Source: a virus
UHGV virus genome: UHGV-0034768
DNA length: 39,178 nt
Direction: 5' to 3' (one strand)
The translations under genes were made by a program, and so were the position numbers. Under the pieces are notes generated by a model that did no database searches, was not told the origin of the DNA, and saw only the letters and a list, made by a program, of their open reading frames with translations. Below, piece by piece: positions 10,082 through 21,000 of this stretch; positions within the stretch are counted from its first letter, which is position 1; each line of letters starts with the position of its first letter.

Positions 10082-11131
10082 ATGGCAAACGTTCCGGGTC
10101 AGAAAATTGGTACAGACCAGGGTAAAGGCAAATCCAGTTCCGACGCTCTGGCGTTGTTCCTGAAGGTCTTTGCTGGTGAAGTCCTGACCGCATTCACTCG
10201 CCGCTCTGTAACTGCTGACAAGCATATTGTCCGTACCATTCAGAACGGTAAGTCTGCTCAGTTCCCGGTAATGGGTCGCACATCTGGTGTGTATCTGGCT
10301 CCGGGTGAGCGACTGTCCGATAAGCGTAAAGGTATCAAACATACCGAGAAAGTGATTACCATTGATGGTCTGCTGACTGCCGATGTGATGATTTTCGACA
10401 TTGAAGACGCGATGAACCACTATGACGTGGCTGGCGAGTACTCCAACCAGTTGGGTGAAGCTCTGGCTATCGCCGCTGATGGTGCGGTTCTGGCTGAAAT
10501 GGCCCTCCTGTGTAACCTCCCAGCTGCATCCAACGAGAACATTGCCGGTCTGGGCACTGCGTCAGTACTTGAAGTTGGTACTAAAGCCGACCTGAACACT
10601 CCGGCTAAGCTGGGTGAAGCAATCATCGGTCAACTGACCATTGCTCGTGCGAAGCTGACCTCCAACTACGTTCCTGCTGGCGACCGTTACTTCTACACCA
10701 CGCCGGACAACTACTCTGCAATCCTCGCGGCCCTGATGCCGAACGCTGCTAACTATGCTGCTCTGATTGACCCAGAGACTGGTAACATCCGTAACGTGAT
10801 GGGCTTCGTTGTTGTTGAAGTCCCGCATCTGGTGCAGGGTGGTGCTGGTGAGACCCGTGGTGACGATGGTATCACTATCGCTTCCGGACAGAAACACGCA
10901 TTCCCGGCGACTGCTGCTGGCGACGTTAAAGTTGCTATGGACAACGTTGTGGGTCTGTTCTCTCACCGTTCTGCTGTGGGTACTGTGAAGCTGCGTGACT
11001 TGGCGCTGGAACGTGACCGTGACGTCGATGCTCAGGGTGACCTGATTGTTGGTAAGTACGCTATGGGTCACGGCGGCCTGCGTCCAGAAGCGGCAGGAGC
11101 ACTGGTTTTCACAGCGGCGCTGGGGGGTTAA
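10082..11131 (+). CDS. gp10A: major capsid protein 10A
   Basis: 349 aa, strong RBS AGGAGA, Tphi-like terminator downstream; size and position as T7 gene 10A. Confidence 0.95.
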   Translation: MANVPGQKIGTDQGKGKSSSDALALFLKVFAGEVLTAFTRRSVTADKHIVRTIQNGKSAQFPVMGRTSGVYLAPGERLSDKRKGIKHTEKVITIDGLLTADVMIFDIEDAMNHYDVAGEYSNQLGEALAIAADGAVLAEMALLCNLPAASNENIAGLGTASVLEVGTKADLNTPAKLGEAIIGQLTIARAKLTSNYVPAGDRYFYTTPDNYSAILAALMPNAANYAALIDPETGNIRNVMGFVVVEVPHLVQGGAGETRGDDGITIASGQKHAFPATAAGDVKVAMDNVVGLFSHRSAVGTVKLRDLALERDRDVDAQGDLIVGKYAMGHGGLRPEAAGALVFTAALGG

Positions 11132-11394
11132 CGACCTTTAAGGCCCTCTCTACAGAGGGTCCTACCTTAGAGACGTACAGTTCTACGGTGGGGACCAGCC
11201 TGAAGGTTGACTTCCCTGAGCTTTCAGATGTGACCGATTGGTCGCTGCTTGAGGTGACTACGCCTGATGGTGTTAGCTACTCCCGTAGAACCAACAGTCT
11301 CTACTTCAAGGCCACCTCTGGCGTGGAAGGTCTGGTGATTGTTGGGTATGACGGTTCGCCTGTGCGTTCCTTCAACGTATCTTTCACAAACTAA
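10082..11394 (+). CDS. gp10B: minor capsid protein 10B via programmed -1 frameshift
   Basis: Heptamer G GTT TTC at 11104-11110, about 20 nt before the 10A stop; the -1 frame is open from the heptamer to TAA at 11392-11394, hand-checked codon by codon. Confidence 0.6.
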
Positions 11395-11397
11395 TTG

Positions 11398-11440
11398 AAA
11401 CCCCTTGGGTGCCTTCGGGTGCTTGAGGGGTTTTTTTGCT
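11398..11440 (+). terminator. Tphi-like late terminator
   Basis: AAACCCCTTGGGTGCCTTCGGGTGCTTGAGGGGTTTTTTTG: GC-rich hairpin plus U-run, very close to T7 Tphi (AACCCCTTGGGGCCTCTAAACGGGTCTTGAGGGGTTTTTTG). Confidence 0.85.
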
Positions 11441-11452
11441 TAAGGAGGGCCT

Positions 11453-12019
11453 ATGGCTCAATACATTCCACTGAATGCTAACGATGACTTAGACGCCATC
11501 AACGATATGTTAGCTGCTATCGGTGAACCAGCAGTCCTACAGCTTGACGAGGGGAACGCTGACGTCTCTAACGCTCAACGTATCCTGCACCGTGTCAATC
11601 GTCAGGTCCAAGCTAAAGGATGGAACTTTAACATAAACGAAGCTGCTGTCCTAACACCTGATGTCCAAGACAATAGGATTCGATTCTTGCCGTCATACCT
11701 TCGTGTAATGACCGCTGGGGCCACCAGCTACTACAGCAACATGGGTGGATACCTGTACGACCTGTCCACTCAGTCAACCACTTTCACCGACCCTATCACG
11801 GTAGAGCTTGTGGAGATGAAGCCATTCTCCGAGATGCCTGTGGTCTTCAGGGACTACATCGTCACTAAAGCTAGCCGTGAGTTCAACGCTAAGTTCTTCG
11901 GTAGCCCAGAGTCAGAGATATACCTTCGTGAGCAGGAAGCAGAACTCTATCAGCAGGTTATGGAGTACGAGATGGACACTGGTCGCTACAACATGATGTC
12001 TGACATCGGGAGGGACTAA
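11453..12019 (+). CDS. gp11: tail tubular protein A (T7 gp11-like)
   Basis: 188 aa, RBS AAGGAGG, synteny after capsid and terminator. Confidence 0.85.
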   Translation: MAQYIPLNANDDLDAINDMLAAIGEPAVLQLDEGNADVSNAQRILHRVNRQVQAKGWNFNINEAAVLTPDVQDNRIRFLPSYLRVMTAGATSYYSNMGGYLYDLSTQSTTFTDPITVELVEMKPFSEMPVVFRDYIVTKASREFNAKFFGSPESEIYLREQEAELYQQVMEYEMDTGRYNMMSDIGRD

Positions 12020-12246
12020 TGGCTAGTCACAACCTGAAGATTCACCGCCAGCACTTTGGTCCGGTACAGCTAGGTCTAAAGACAGCAGAGCTGAGACTTA
12101 ACGACCGGGACTTTAAGGTTGGCGATTGGCTTATCCTGAATGAGTGGGACAACGGGTATACTGGACAACAGGTAGCACGTAAGGTTGTCCACATTGCTGA
12201 CGTTGGTGACATCGCTGAAGGATACGTCCTAATGAGTATGATTTAA
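12019..12246 (+). CDS. DUF3850/ASCH-like small protein (PUA-like fold), inserted between tail tube genes
   Basis: 75 aa; motif pattern H.LKI....F..V..G.K..E.R.NDR.FKVGD.L.L.EWD..YTG......V..I......GYV.MS typical of DUF3850; ATG overlaps the gp11 stop (TAATG). Confidence 0.7.
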   Translation: MASHNLKIHRQHFGPVQLGLKTAELRLNDRDFKVGDWLILNEWDNGYTGQQVARKVVHIADVGDIAEGYVLMSMI

Positions 12247-12255
12247 GGAGGACAC

Positions 12256-14613
12256 ATGCCGCTTATCACACAAAGCATAAAAAATCTTAAGGGTGGCATT
12301 AGCCAACAGCCTGACATCCTTAGGTTCTCAGACCAAGGCGAGGCACAGGTTAACTGCTGGTCATCCGAGAGTGATGGCCTCCAGAAGCGCCCACCTACAG
12401 TCTTCAAGCGACGTCTTAACATCGACGTTGGAAGCAACCCTAAGTTCCACCTGATTAACCGTGATGAGCAGGAGCAGTATTACATCGTGTTCAACGGGTC
12501 CAACATTCAGGTAGTGGACTTAAGTGGTAACCAATACTCAGTTTCCGGTGCGGTAGATTACGTTAAGTCCTCAAACCCGCGAGATGACATCCGCGTCGTT
12601 ACTGTGGCAGACTATACGTTCGTCGTTAACCGTAAGGTTGTAGTCAAAGGTGGAAGCGAGAAGTCACACCCAGGTTATAACCGCAAAGCACGAGCTTTAA
12701 TTAACCTACGTGGTGGCCAGTACGGTCGAACCCTTAAGGTTGGAATCAACGGAGGAGTCAAGGTCTCACATAAGCTACCAGCAGGTAATGATGCCGAGAA
12801 TGACCCTCCTAAGGTGGACGCTCAGGCCATCGGTGCAGCTCTGAGAGACCTTCTTGTTGCTGCTTACCCATCATTCACGTTCGACCTTGGGTCTGGCTTC
12901 CTGTTAATCACGGCACCTTCAGGGACTGACATTAACTCAGTAGAGACGGAGGATGGCTACGCTAACCAGCTAATCAGCCCAGTACTCGACACAGTGCAGA
13001 CAATCTCTAAGTTGCCTCTTGCAGCTCCTAATGGATATATCATTAAGATTCAGGGGGAGACCAACAGTAGCGCCGATGAATACTACGTGATATATGACTC
13101 CAACACTAAGACGTGGAAGGAGACAGTGGAGCCGGGAGTTGTCACTGGGTTCGATGCCACCACAATGCCACATGCTCTGGTCAGACAGTCTGATGGCTCC
13201 TTTGAGTTCAGGACTCTGGATTGGTCCAAGCGCGGTGCTGGTAACGATGACACAAACCCTATGCCTAGCTTCGTGGATGCGGCGATTAATGATGTGTTCT
13301 TCTACAGGAACAGACTTGGGTTCTTGTCGGGTGAGAACGTAATCATGAGCCGTTCAGCCAGCTACTTTGCGTTCTTCCCTAAGAGTGTGGCGACACTGAG
13401 TGATGATGACCCTATTGATGTAGCTGTAAGTAACCCTCGAATCTCAATCCTTAAGTATGCCGTTCCGTTTAGCGAGCAGCTACTACTTTGGTCGGATGAG
13501 GTTCAGTTCGTGATGACAAGCTCTGGGGTACTTACCTCGAAGTCTATCCAGCTTGATGTAGGCTCAGAGTTTGCCCTAGGTGACAATGCCAGACCGTTCG
13601 CTGTAGGACGCTCAGTCTTCTTCTCAGCACCTCGTGGGTCATTCACCAGCATTAAGCGATACTTCGCTGTAGCAGATGTGTCTGACGTGAAGGATGCCGA
13701 TGATACCACTGGTCACGTACTGTCCTATATCCCTAACGGGGTGTTTGACATTCAGGGGACAGGGACTGAGAACTACATCTGCGTCAACTCTACAGGTGCA
13801 TACAACCGAATCTACATCTACAAGTTCTTGTTTAAGGACGGCGTACAGCTTCAAGCCTCTTGGTCGCACTGGGAGTTCCCTAAAGCTGATAAGATTCTGG
13901 CGTCTGCGTCGATTGGCTCTACCATGTTCATTGTTCGTCAGCACCAAGGCGGCGTGGACCTTGAGCACCTTAAGTTCATCAAGGAGGCAACTGACTTTCC
14001 GTTAGAGCCATATAGACTCCACGTTGACTCCAAGGTGTCTATGGTAATACCAATTGGCTCATACAACGCTGACACCTATAAGACTACGGTTGACATCGGT
14101 TCTGCTTACGGTGGAAACGCTCCTTCTCCCGGTCGGTACTATCTTATTGACAGTCAGGGTGCATACGTGGACCTTGGTGAATTAACCGACATCTCAACTG
14201 TGGCTGTACTCAATGGCGATTGGTCAGGACGTACAGTGTTCATCGGGCGGTCTTATCTGATGTCCTACAAGTTCTCACGGTTCCTGATTAAGATTGAAGA
14301 CGAGAGTGGCACTCAGTCTGAAGACACTGGACGCCTACAACTTCGTCGGGCTTGGGTCAACTACAAGGACACTGGCGCTCTTAGACTCATTGTCAGAAAC
14401 GGTGAGCGGGAGTTCGTGAACACCTTCAATGGGTACACCCTTGGCCAGCAAACCATCGGTACTACCAACATTGGGGACGGTCAGTATCGCTTCGCTATGA
14501 ATGGTAACGCATTAACCACGAGTCTAACCTTAGAGTCCGACTATCCTACCCCAGTGTCAATCGTTGGGTGTGGCTGGGAGGCGTCATACGCTAAGAAAGC
14601 TCGTTCCGTCTAA
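12256..14613 (+). CDS. gp12: tail tubular protein B (T7 gp12-like)
   Basis: 785 aa (T7 gp12 is 794 aa), RBS AAGGAGG, synteny. Confidence 0.9.
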   Translation: MPLITQSIKNLKGGISQQPDILRFSDQGEAQVNCWSSESDGLQKRPPTVFKRRLNIDVGSNPKFHLINRDEQEQYYIVFNGSNIQVVDLSGNQYSVSGAVDYVKSSNPRDDIRVVTVADYTFVVNRKVVVKGGSEKSHPGYNRKARALINLRGGQYGRTLKVGINGGVKVSHKLPAGNDAENDPPKVDAQAIGAALRDLLVAAYPSFTFDLGSGFLLITAPSGTDINSVETEDGYANQLISPVLDTVQTISKLPLAAPNGYIIKIQGETNSSADEYYVIYDSNTKTWKETVEPGVVTGFDATTMPHALVRQSDGSFEFRTLDWSKRGAGNDDTNPMPSFVDAAINDVFFYRNRLGFLSGENVIMSRSASYFAFFPKSVATLSDDDPIDVAVSNPRISILKYAVPFSEQLLLWSDEVQFVMTSSGVLTSKSIQLDVGSEFALGDNARPFAVGRSVFFSAPRGSFTSIKRYFAVADVSDVKDADDTTGHVLSYIPNGVFDIQGTGTENYICVNSTGAYNRIYIYKFLFKDGVQLQASWSHWEFPKADKILASASIGSTMFIVRQHQGGVDLEHLKFIKEATDFPLEPYRLHVDSKVSMVIPIGSYNADTYKTTVDIGSAYGGNAPSPGRYYLIDSQGAYVDLGELTDISTVAVLNGDWSGRTVFIGRSYLMSYKFSRFLIKIEDESGTQSEDTGRLQLRRAWVNYKDTGALRLIVRNGEREFVNTFNGYTLGQQTIGTTNIGDGQYRFAMNGNALTTSLTLESDYPTPVSIVGCGWEASYAKKARSV

Positions 14614-14620
14614 CTTATTG

Positions 14621-14670
14621 AAGGGCCTATAGATTTACCTTAACTATCACTATAGGGACTATAGGCCCTT
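14621..14670. repeat. perfect 12-bp inverted repeat (AAGGGCCTATAG / CTATAGGCCCTT) bracketing the phi13 promoter
   Basis: Read directly; 26-nt spacer contains the promoter core; candidate RNase III-type processing hairpin in read-through RNA. Confidence 0.6.
14638..14660 (+). promoter_or_regulatory. phage RNAP promoter (phi13 position), CTTTAACTATCACTATAGGGACT
   Basis: Consensus match; +1 G at 14655. Confidence 0.8.
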
Positions 14671-14689
14671 AAGGTTATAAGGAGACTTT

Positions 14690-15160
14690 ATGTATATTCG
14701 CAAGGCTACGGAACCAGATGTCCACTACTTTCTGTGGCATCTTTCAGCAGATGATGTTAATGAGTGCAAAGCAAACTATGGGTCAACCGTTGGTCTCTCT
14801 GAAAGACTGCTTAAGCACCTATCTCCGTCATCTGTGGTTTTAACGAACGGTGTAGGCGAAGTGTTTGCTTATGGGGGAAACCAAGGGGATAACGTATGGT
14901 TCTTGACTTCCGGTCTTGTCTATAAGCTGAGACCTAAAGAGAAGCGAGAGTTCATAAAGCGTATCTCTGAGTACAGGGACTTAATGTTAGACCAATACGG
15001 GACCATCTGGAACTACGTGTGGTCAGGCAATAAGTCTCACATTAAATTCTTGAAGTTGCTTGGGGCTAAGTTCCATGATGATTGGACTATCAGCCCGGTA
15101 ACTGGTGAGCGTTTTCAATTATTCACTATCTCTAAGGAGGACGTATGTGTGAACCCGTAA
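14690..15160 (+). CDS. gp13: internal virion protein A (T7 gp13-like)
   Basis: 156-aa ORF with AAGGAG RBS, synteny. Confidence 0.8.
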   Translation: MYIRKATEPDVHYFLWHLSADDVNECKANYGSTVGLSERLLKHLSPSSVVLTNGVGEVFAYGGNQGDNVWFLTSGLVYKLRPKEKREFIKRISEYRDLMLDQYGTIWNYVWSGNKSHIKFLKLLGAKFHDDWTISPVTGERFQLFTISKEDVCVNP

Positions 15161-15732
15161 GTATCGGCATGGGTATCATGGCTGTAGCCGGGGCCACTAT
15201 GTCCGCATCCCAGCAGGCCAAGGCCGAAGGTGCAGCAATTGACGCTCAGAACCGACAGGCTCAGGAAATGGTTAAGCAGATGAACTACTCTGACGCCAAC
15301 CTGAGGATGCAGGAGCGAGACCTGAAGGAGCAGCAGATGGCTGAACTGACAGAGACCACGCTAAACGGTATCCGCAATCAGGGTATGGTCCGAGCTGCGG
15401 TGGCTGAGTCCGGTCTGGAAGGTAACTCTATGGACAGGATTGAACGTCAGGTCGCAGGAGATACAGTCAAGGAGCGAGCAGGGATTACCGAAAGTTACAA
15501 CCGCGACTATGCGGCTATCTTCGGGAACCGTATCGCCAACATTGAGAACACCAAGTCTGCTATCCGTGGTCAAGGTAAAATCATCAAGACCAGCCCACTG
15601 GCTCATGCACTTAATGTTGCTAACGCCGGGATGCAAGGTTACGCCGCTGGTAAGTCAATCTCTGGAGCGTCCAGCTCTGGTGGTGCTGCACCAATTAGTG
15701 CTGCCAAAGGCGCACCTACAGGTCATAGCTAA
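15145..15732 (+). CDS. gp14: internal virion protein B (T7 gp14-like)
   Basis: 195 aa; begins MCEP...; matches T7 gp14 (196 aa) over RDYAAIFG and C-terminal APISAAKGA. Confidence 0.9.
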   Translation: MCEPVSIGMGIMAVAGATMSASQQAKAEGAAIDAQNRQAQEMVKQMNYSDANLRMQERDLKEQQMAELTETTLNGIRNQGMVRAAVAESGLEGNSMDRIERQVAGDTVKERAGITESYNRDYAAIFGNRIANIENTKSAIRGQGKIIKTSPLAHALNVANAGMQGYAAGKSISGASSSGGAAPISAAKGAPTGHS

Positions 15733-15743
15733 GAGGAGGACTA

Positions 15744-18026
15744 ATGGCTAGTAATATTGAATCAGCTCTGGCTAATCGGACTATGGGTCGCGGCAGAGCG
15801 CCGGGTAAAACTATTGCCGTCAACTATCAAGCAGCCAACGTTCAGGCTCCGACTGGTGACTCCGGTCTGGCCCGTGCGTTAACCAACTTCGTTGAGTCTG
15901 GGACTGGATTGTACAAGCAGTTCAAGGACGAGGAGAAGACCAGAGCTGACGAGCGGTCTAACGAGATTATCCGTAAGCTGACACCTCAGCAAAGACGTGA
16001 GGCTATCCAGAACGGCACATTGCTGTATCAGGATGACCCTTACGCTATGGAAGCACTTCGAGTCAAGACTGGTCGTAATGCTGCCTTTGCTGTAGACGAC
16101 GAGATTAACGTTAAGATTCAGAACGGTGAGTTCCGTACACGTCAGGAAATGGAAGAATATCGCCACCAGCGACTTCAGGATGCCGCTAAGTCCTATGCTG
16201 AAGAGGCGGGTATTAACCCTACCGACGAGTTCTTCCAGCGTGGATTCAACGATAACATCACGGACCGAAACATCGCTATCTACGGGTCCTTCAATAAGTA
16301 TTTCAGCAAGCAGTCTGAAGAGACAGCGATGTTGAACACTCGTATTGAGATGAACTCGTTCCTTAACGATGGAGACCTGATGCGTTCGCCTGAGTCTGGA
16401 AAGACCTTCATGGCCTACCTTCGAGATGGACTGACGACTGCCTCTATACCTTCTGACCAGCGAGCACGGGAGGTCATTACCCAGACGGTCCGTGACGCAA
16501 TCCAGAAGTCCGGTGGCTCAAACTTCCTACAGCAAGTTCGAGGCGAGCGAATCACCCTTAACGGTGTGGATGCTACAGTCGAAGAGATTGTAGGACCTGA
16601 TGTCTTCAACGCTGCTATTGTTGAGGCACAGGGCACTGAGTACAAGCTGGTGGCTAAGTATCAGGAAGACTTGGCTTTAGGCGTTCAGTCTGCTATTCTT
16701 CAGGACGACCCGACCATCGGTCTGGCCCAGATTCAGAAACTCAAGGAGCAGAACAACCTGCTTCAACCTGGTGAAGAACTCACGCCTCAGCGTCAGATGC
16801 TTATTAATGCCGAAGCCAGCTTGCTTGAAGCGGTCAAGCGTAAGTCTGCTGAACAGGCGAAGGAGAACACTAAGTTAATCCAGACCCAGAACAAGCAACT
16901 GGTCATTGACCAGGTGTATCAGCGACGTCTGGCTGGGGACAACGTGTCCACCAACTATGAGGACCTTCCGGTCTCTGACGCTACAGGTGAATTCAAGCGT
17001 TCAGACATGAACAACTATGCGTCTGCCAAGCTACAGCAGATTGACCAGATGGACATCCCTGAGGCTGCTAAGGACGCTCAGAAGGTGGCATTGTTAAGAG
17101 CTGACACTAACAACGGTCCGTTCCGTAATGCCTTCCAGACGCTTACTCAGGACGCTGCTGGTGAGTGGCAAGCTGCGGTCATCCGTGGACAGTACGACCC
17201 AGACAAGATGAAACGCTTCGAGTCTCTTCGTCGTGCCTACACTCAGGACCCTTCAAGTTTCGCTGCTCTGTATCCTGACCAAGCTCAGTTGTTCTCTACG
17301 TTCGACCAGATGGACAAGATGGGTCTGGACCCTCAGACGATGATTGAAGCTGATAAGCAAGCTGCAAGTCAAAGCCGTGAGATGCGCATGGAGTCAGACA
17401 AGGCGTGGCAGGAGTTGAAGAACGACTCTCGGAATAAGGACCTTTCGCGTCTTCCAACGTCTCTGGACTCAAGTGCTCGTAAGGTCTGGGACTCATGGTA
17501 CTATCGTACAGGTAACGCTGACGCTGCAACTCAGCAGACTCAACGCTGGCTGAATGAGAACACCGTAACGTTCCAGTCTGAAGGTTCTGACGGTAAGTCA
17601 ATCGGCATGGTGTCCAAGCACCAGCTTATGGTCGGGGATAACCCAGAGTCGTGGCAGGTTGGGCGAGACATTATAGACACCGCTCGTCAGCAGCTCATTA
17701 AGGCTAACCATTGGATAGTGAACTCTCAGTTGTCCGTTGTTGAACAGAACGGCTCTATCTTCCTCCAAGACGCTACAGGTACTATTCGTATTCGCTACGA
17801 TAAAGAACTTGTAGGTAAACTCTACCGCGAACAACAGCAGAAGGCACAAGATGCCGCATACGCTCAGGCAGAACGTGACGCTAACAAGCGAGCGCGTATC
17901 GTCGGGACTAAAGCTGCTGGTGACAAACGTCGAGCTGACCGAGAGGACAACATCGAGAAGCGCGGAGGGATGTACAATGACGTCTCACTGGAGGGTATCG
18001 CAAACGTACTAATCGGTAAGGAGTAA
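15744..18026 (+). CDS. gp15: internal virion protein C (T7 gp15-like)
   Basis: 760 aa (T7 gp15 is 747 aa), RBS GAGGAGG, synteny. Confidence 0.9.
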   Translation: MASNIESALANRTMGRGRAPGKTIAVNYQAANVQAPTGDSGLARALTNFVESGTGLYKQFKDEEKTRADERSNEIIRKLTPQQRREAIQNGTLLYQDDPYAMEALRVKTGRNAAFAVDDEINVKIQNGEFRTRQEMEEYRHQRLQDAAKSYAEEAGINPTDEFFQRGFNDNITDRNIAIYGSFNKYFSKQSEETAMLNTRIEMNSFLNDGDLMRSPESGKTFMAYLRDGLTTASIPSDQRAREVITQTVRDAIQKSGGSNFLQQVRGERITLNGVDATVEEIVGPDVFNAAIVEAQGTEYKLVAKYQEDLALGVQSAILQDDPTIGLAQIQKLKEQNNLLQPGEELTPQRQMLINAEASLLEAVKRKSAEQAKENTKLIQTQNKQLVIDQVYQRRLAGDNVSTNYEDLPVSDATGEFKRSDMNNYASAKLQQIDQMDIPEAAKDAQKVALLRADTNNGPFRNAFQTLTQDAAGEWQAAVIRGQYDPDKMKRFESLRRAYTQDPSSFAALYPDQAQLFSTFDQMDKMGLDPQTMIEADKQAASQSREMRMESDKAWQELKNDSRNKDLSRLPTSLDSSARKVWDSWYYRTGNADAATQQTQRWLNENTVTFQSEGSDGKSIGMVSKHQLMVGDNPESWQVGRDIIDTARQQLIKANHWIVNSQLSVVEQNGSIFLQDATGTIRIRYDKELVGKLYREQQQKAQDAAYAQAERDANKRARIVGTKAAGDKRRADREDNIEKRGGMYNDVSLEGIANVLIGKE

Positions 18027-18030
18027 CATA

Positions 18031-21000
18031 ATGGCGACTCGTGGTATTCGCAATAACAATCCGGGTAACATCCGGGTGAGTAAGGACCAATGGGAAGGAA
18101 TGACTGGAGATGATGGCTCATTCGTCGTCTTTGATAGTCCAGAGTCTGGCGTCCGAGCTTTAGGTAAAAACCTGCTGTCCTACGGTCGCCAAGGGTATGA
18201 CTCCATCGAGAAGATTATCAACAGATGGGCACCTCCTAACGAGAACGACACTAAGGCTTATATTGACTCAGTGGTGGCTGCAACTGGTATTCCAGCTACC
18301 CAGAGTCTCGACCTATCGAACCCTGACACCCTGTCTTCTCTGGCACAAGCTATCAGCTTCCATGAGACAGGCTCACGGTACGACCCTGAAGTCTATCAGA
18401 AGGGAGTCGCACGAGCACTCAACGGCATTAGCCCAAAGACTCCACCAGTAAGCTCTAACGTATTTGACGCACTCACGGAAGGATTAAAGGCGAAACCTAA
18501 AGTAGCTCTGGGTGAGAACCTTCCGACCGCTGCTGGTCTGAACATTGAGGGTCAAGCACCTGAAGCTCCAAACGAATCGTTCGGTGAGATGTTCTATAAG
18601 GCTACTGGCGATACCATGCAGGAACGAGAGGACCGCTCTACGTGGTTCGGTTTTGGGGCTGCTACAGAAGCTGAAGTGAAGAACTCTATGGTCGGAATGG
18701 CTATCCGCGCTGGTCAGACCGAGGACTCACTTGATGTCATTGGTGATGTGTTCAACCCGACCCGCTGGAACAACCATAAGTGGTCTCGTGATGAGCTGGA
18801 CCAGATTCGTAACTCTGGGGTTCTGCCTCAGTATTACGGAGTCATTACTGGTGGTTCTCCTCAGAATCTGACAGAGCTGATCAACTTGGCGCTGGAGAAC
18901 CAGAAGTTGGACCAAGAGAGGGCCAAGGCTGGGACTGGCGCTCAACTGGCGGCTGGTGTGATTGGTGCTGGCGTGGACCCTCTGACCTACGTTCCTATTG
19001 CTGGGCAGGTAGGAAAAGGTGGGAAGCTAATCAACAAAATGTTCACTGTGGCTGCTCAGTCTGGTGCTCTGTCTGGTGTGTCTGAGATGGCCCGTACCTC
19101 AGTGGCTGGTGGTGAGGCTCATGTGGCTGAAGCTATCCTTGGCGGTGCTCTCTTCGGTGGTGGCATGACTGCTATCGCTGATGGACTAGGCAGAGCCTTG
19201 GGCCGCAACACTAACGAGTTCGCTGGTCCAGCCACACGTCTGGAAGCCCGTGAGACTGCACGTAATGTTGATGGTCAGGACCTGTCGCGTATGCCAATCC
19301 GTGAAGGAGAGGAGACCTTTAGTCACCAAGGCGTTAAGTTCGCAGACGTTCCGAACGAGCCGGGTAGTGTACGACTGGAAGATGGTTCAATCCTGATTGG
19401 TGAGAACCCTCTGAACCCTAAGACACGTCAAGTCTTTGACGAAGTGATTGAGCCGGAACGTGCCTCTGCTGGTGTTAACCTTGGTGGACTTACCGAGATT
19501 GGCCTGAAGCTGCTTCGGTCTGAGAACCCTGAGATTCGTGGAGTAGCTGCTGACTTAGTGCGTTCACCGACTGGTATGCAGTCTGGGGCCTCAGGTAAAA
19601 TCGGGACAACTGCGTCAGACGTGTTCGAGAGACTTCGTGCTGTGGACCATCGGTTCTACAACGACATTGACGATGCTGTTACTGAGGCACTAAAGGACCC
19701 GTACTTCCAGACAGCATTCTGGCGAGACTCTGGCGCATTCCGTCAGGACATCTACCAGCGTGTGTCTATGGCTATCGAAGATGGTAGCGGAAACCTGAAG
19801 GCTGAACTGACTCCGGGAGAACTGAAAGTCTATGACCTACTGAAGAACCAGTTCGACGCCAAGCGTGAGATGATGGAGAACCCAGCTATGTTTGGTCGCC
19901 CAGACGCTAAGTCTATCTTTCCGGGTAGCCGCTTCAAGGGGACCTACGTCCCTCATGTGTATAGCAAACAGATGAAGGAGCTGTACACCAAGGAGCTTGG
20001 GAGTCCAGAGGCGTTGCAGGAGGCCATCAAGAAGTCATGGTTGACCAGCTATGCGTCTCGACCTGAAGTCAAGAAACGCGTGGACGAGGCACTCTTAGAG
20101 GCTGACCATACGTTGACTCCAGAGGGACTTGCTGCGGCGGTCGATAAATACGCCAACGATAAGGCTTACGGTATCTCTCACACCGAGCAGTTCGAGCGTT
20201 CATCCGTAATGGAAGAGAACATCAACGGTCTGGTGGGTCTGGAGAACAATAGTTTCCTTGAGGCCCGTAACCTGTTCGATAGTGATATGTCAATCGTCCT
20301 ACCTAACGGTCAGACCTTCAGTGTCAACAACCTGCGTGAGTGGGACATGGACAAGATTGTCCCGGCCTACAACCGTCGAGTTAATGGCGACATTGCTATC
20401 ATGGCTGGTACAGGAAAAACCACGAAGGAAATGAAGGACTTGGTTGAGACCATGATGAACAAGGCTGGTGATGACGGAAAGTTGAAAGGTGAGGTATCTA
20501 CCTTACGTGACACCTTGAAGATTCTCACTGGTCGTGCTCGACGTGATGGTGCTGACGATGCTGCCTTCGCTACCGTGATGCGCACAATGACAGACCTATC
20601 GTTCTTCGCTAAGAATGCCTATATGGGTGTTCAGAACTTAACGGAGATTGGTGGTATGCTGGCTCGTGGCAACGTTCGTGCGCTGCTACATGGAGTCCCT
20701 ATGTTCCGTGACCTAGCCTTCCGTAACAAGAAGGTCGGGGCATCGGAGATTAAGGACCTGCATAATGTTATCTTCGGTAAAGAATTGGATGACTCAATCC
20801 GTCCGTCTAAACAGGATGTCATTGACCGTCTGCGGTCTTACAGTGACCTAGGTCGTGGTACGGCTACAGCTCTGGGGACTGCCAAGTATTACACGGGTGA
20901 ACTTGCAGTACGCTCTCCGTTCACTAAAGTCCTCAACGGTACGACCAACTACCTATTAGATGCTGGACGTCAGGGATTCCTGTCTGACATCGTGGAGCAT

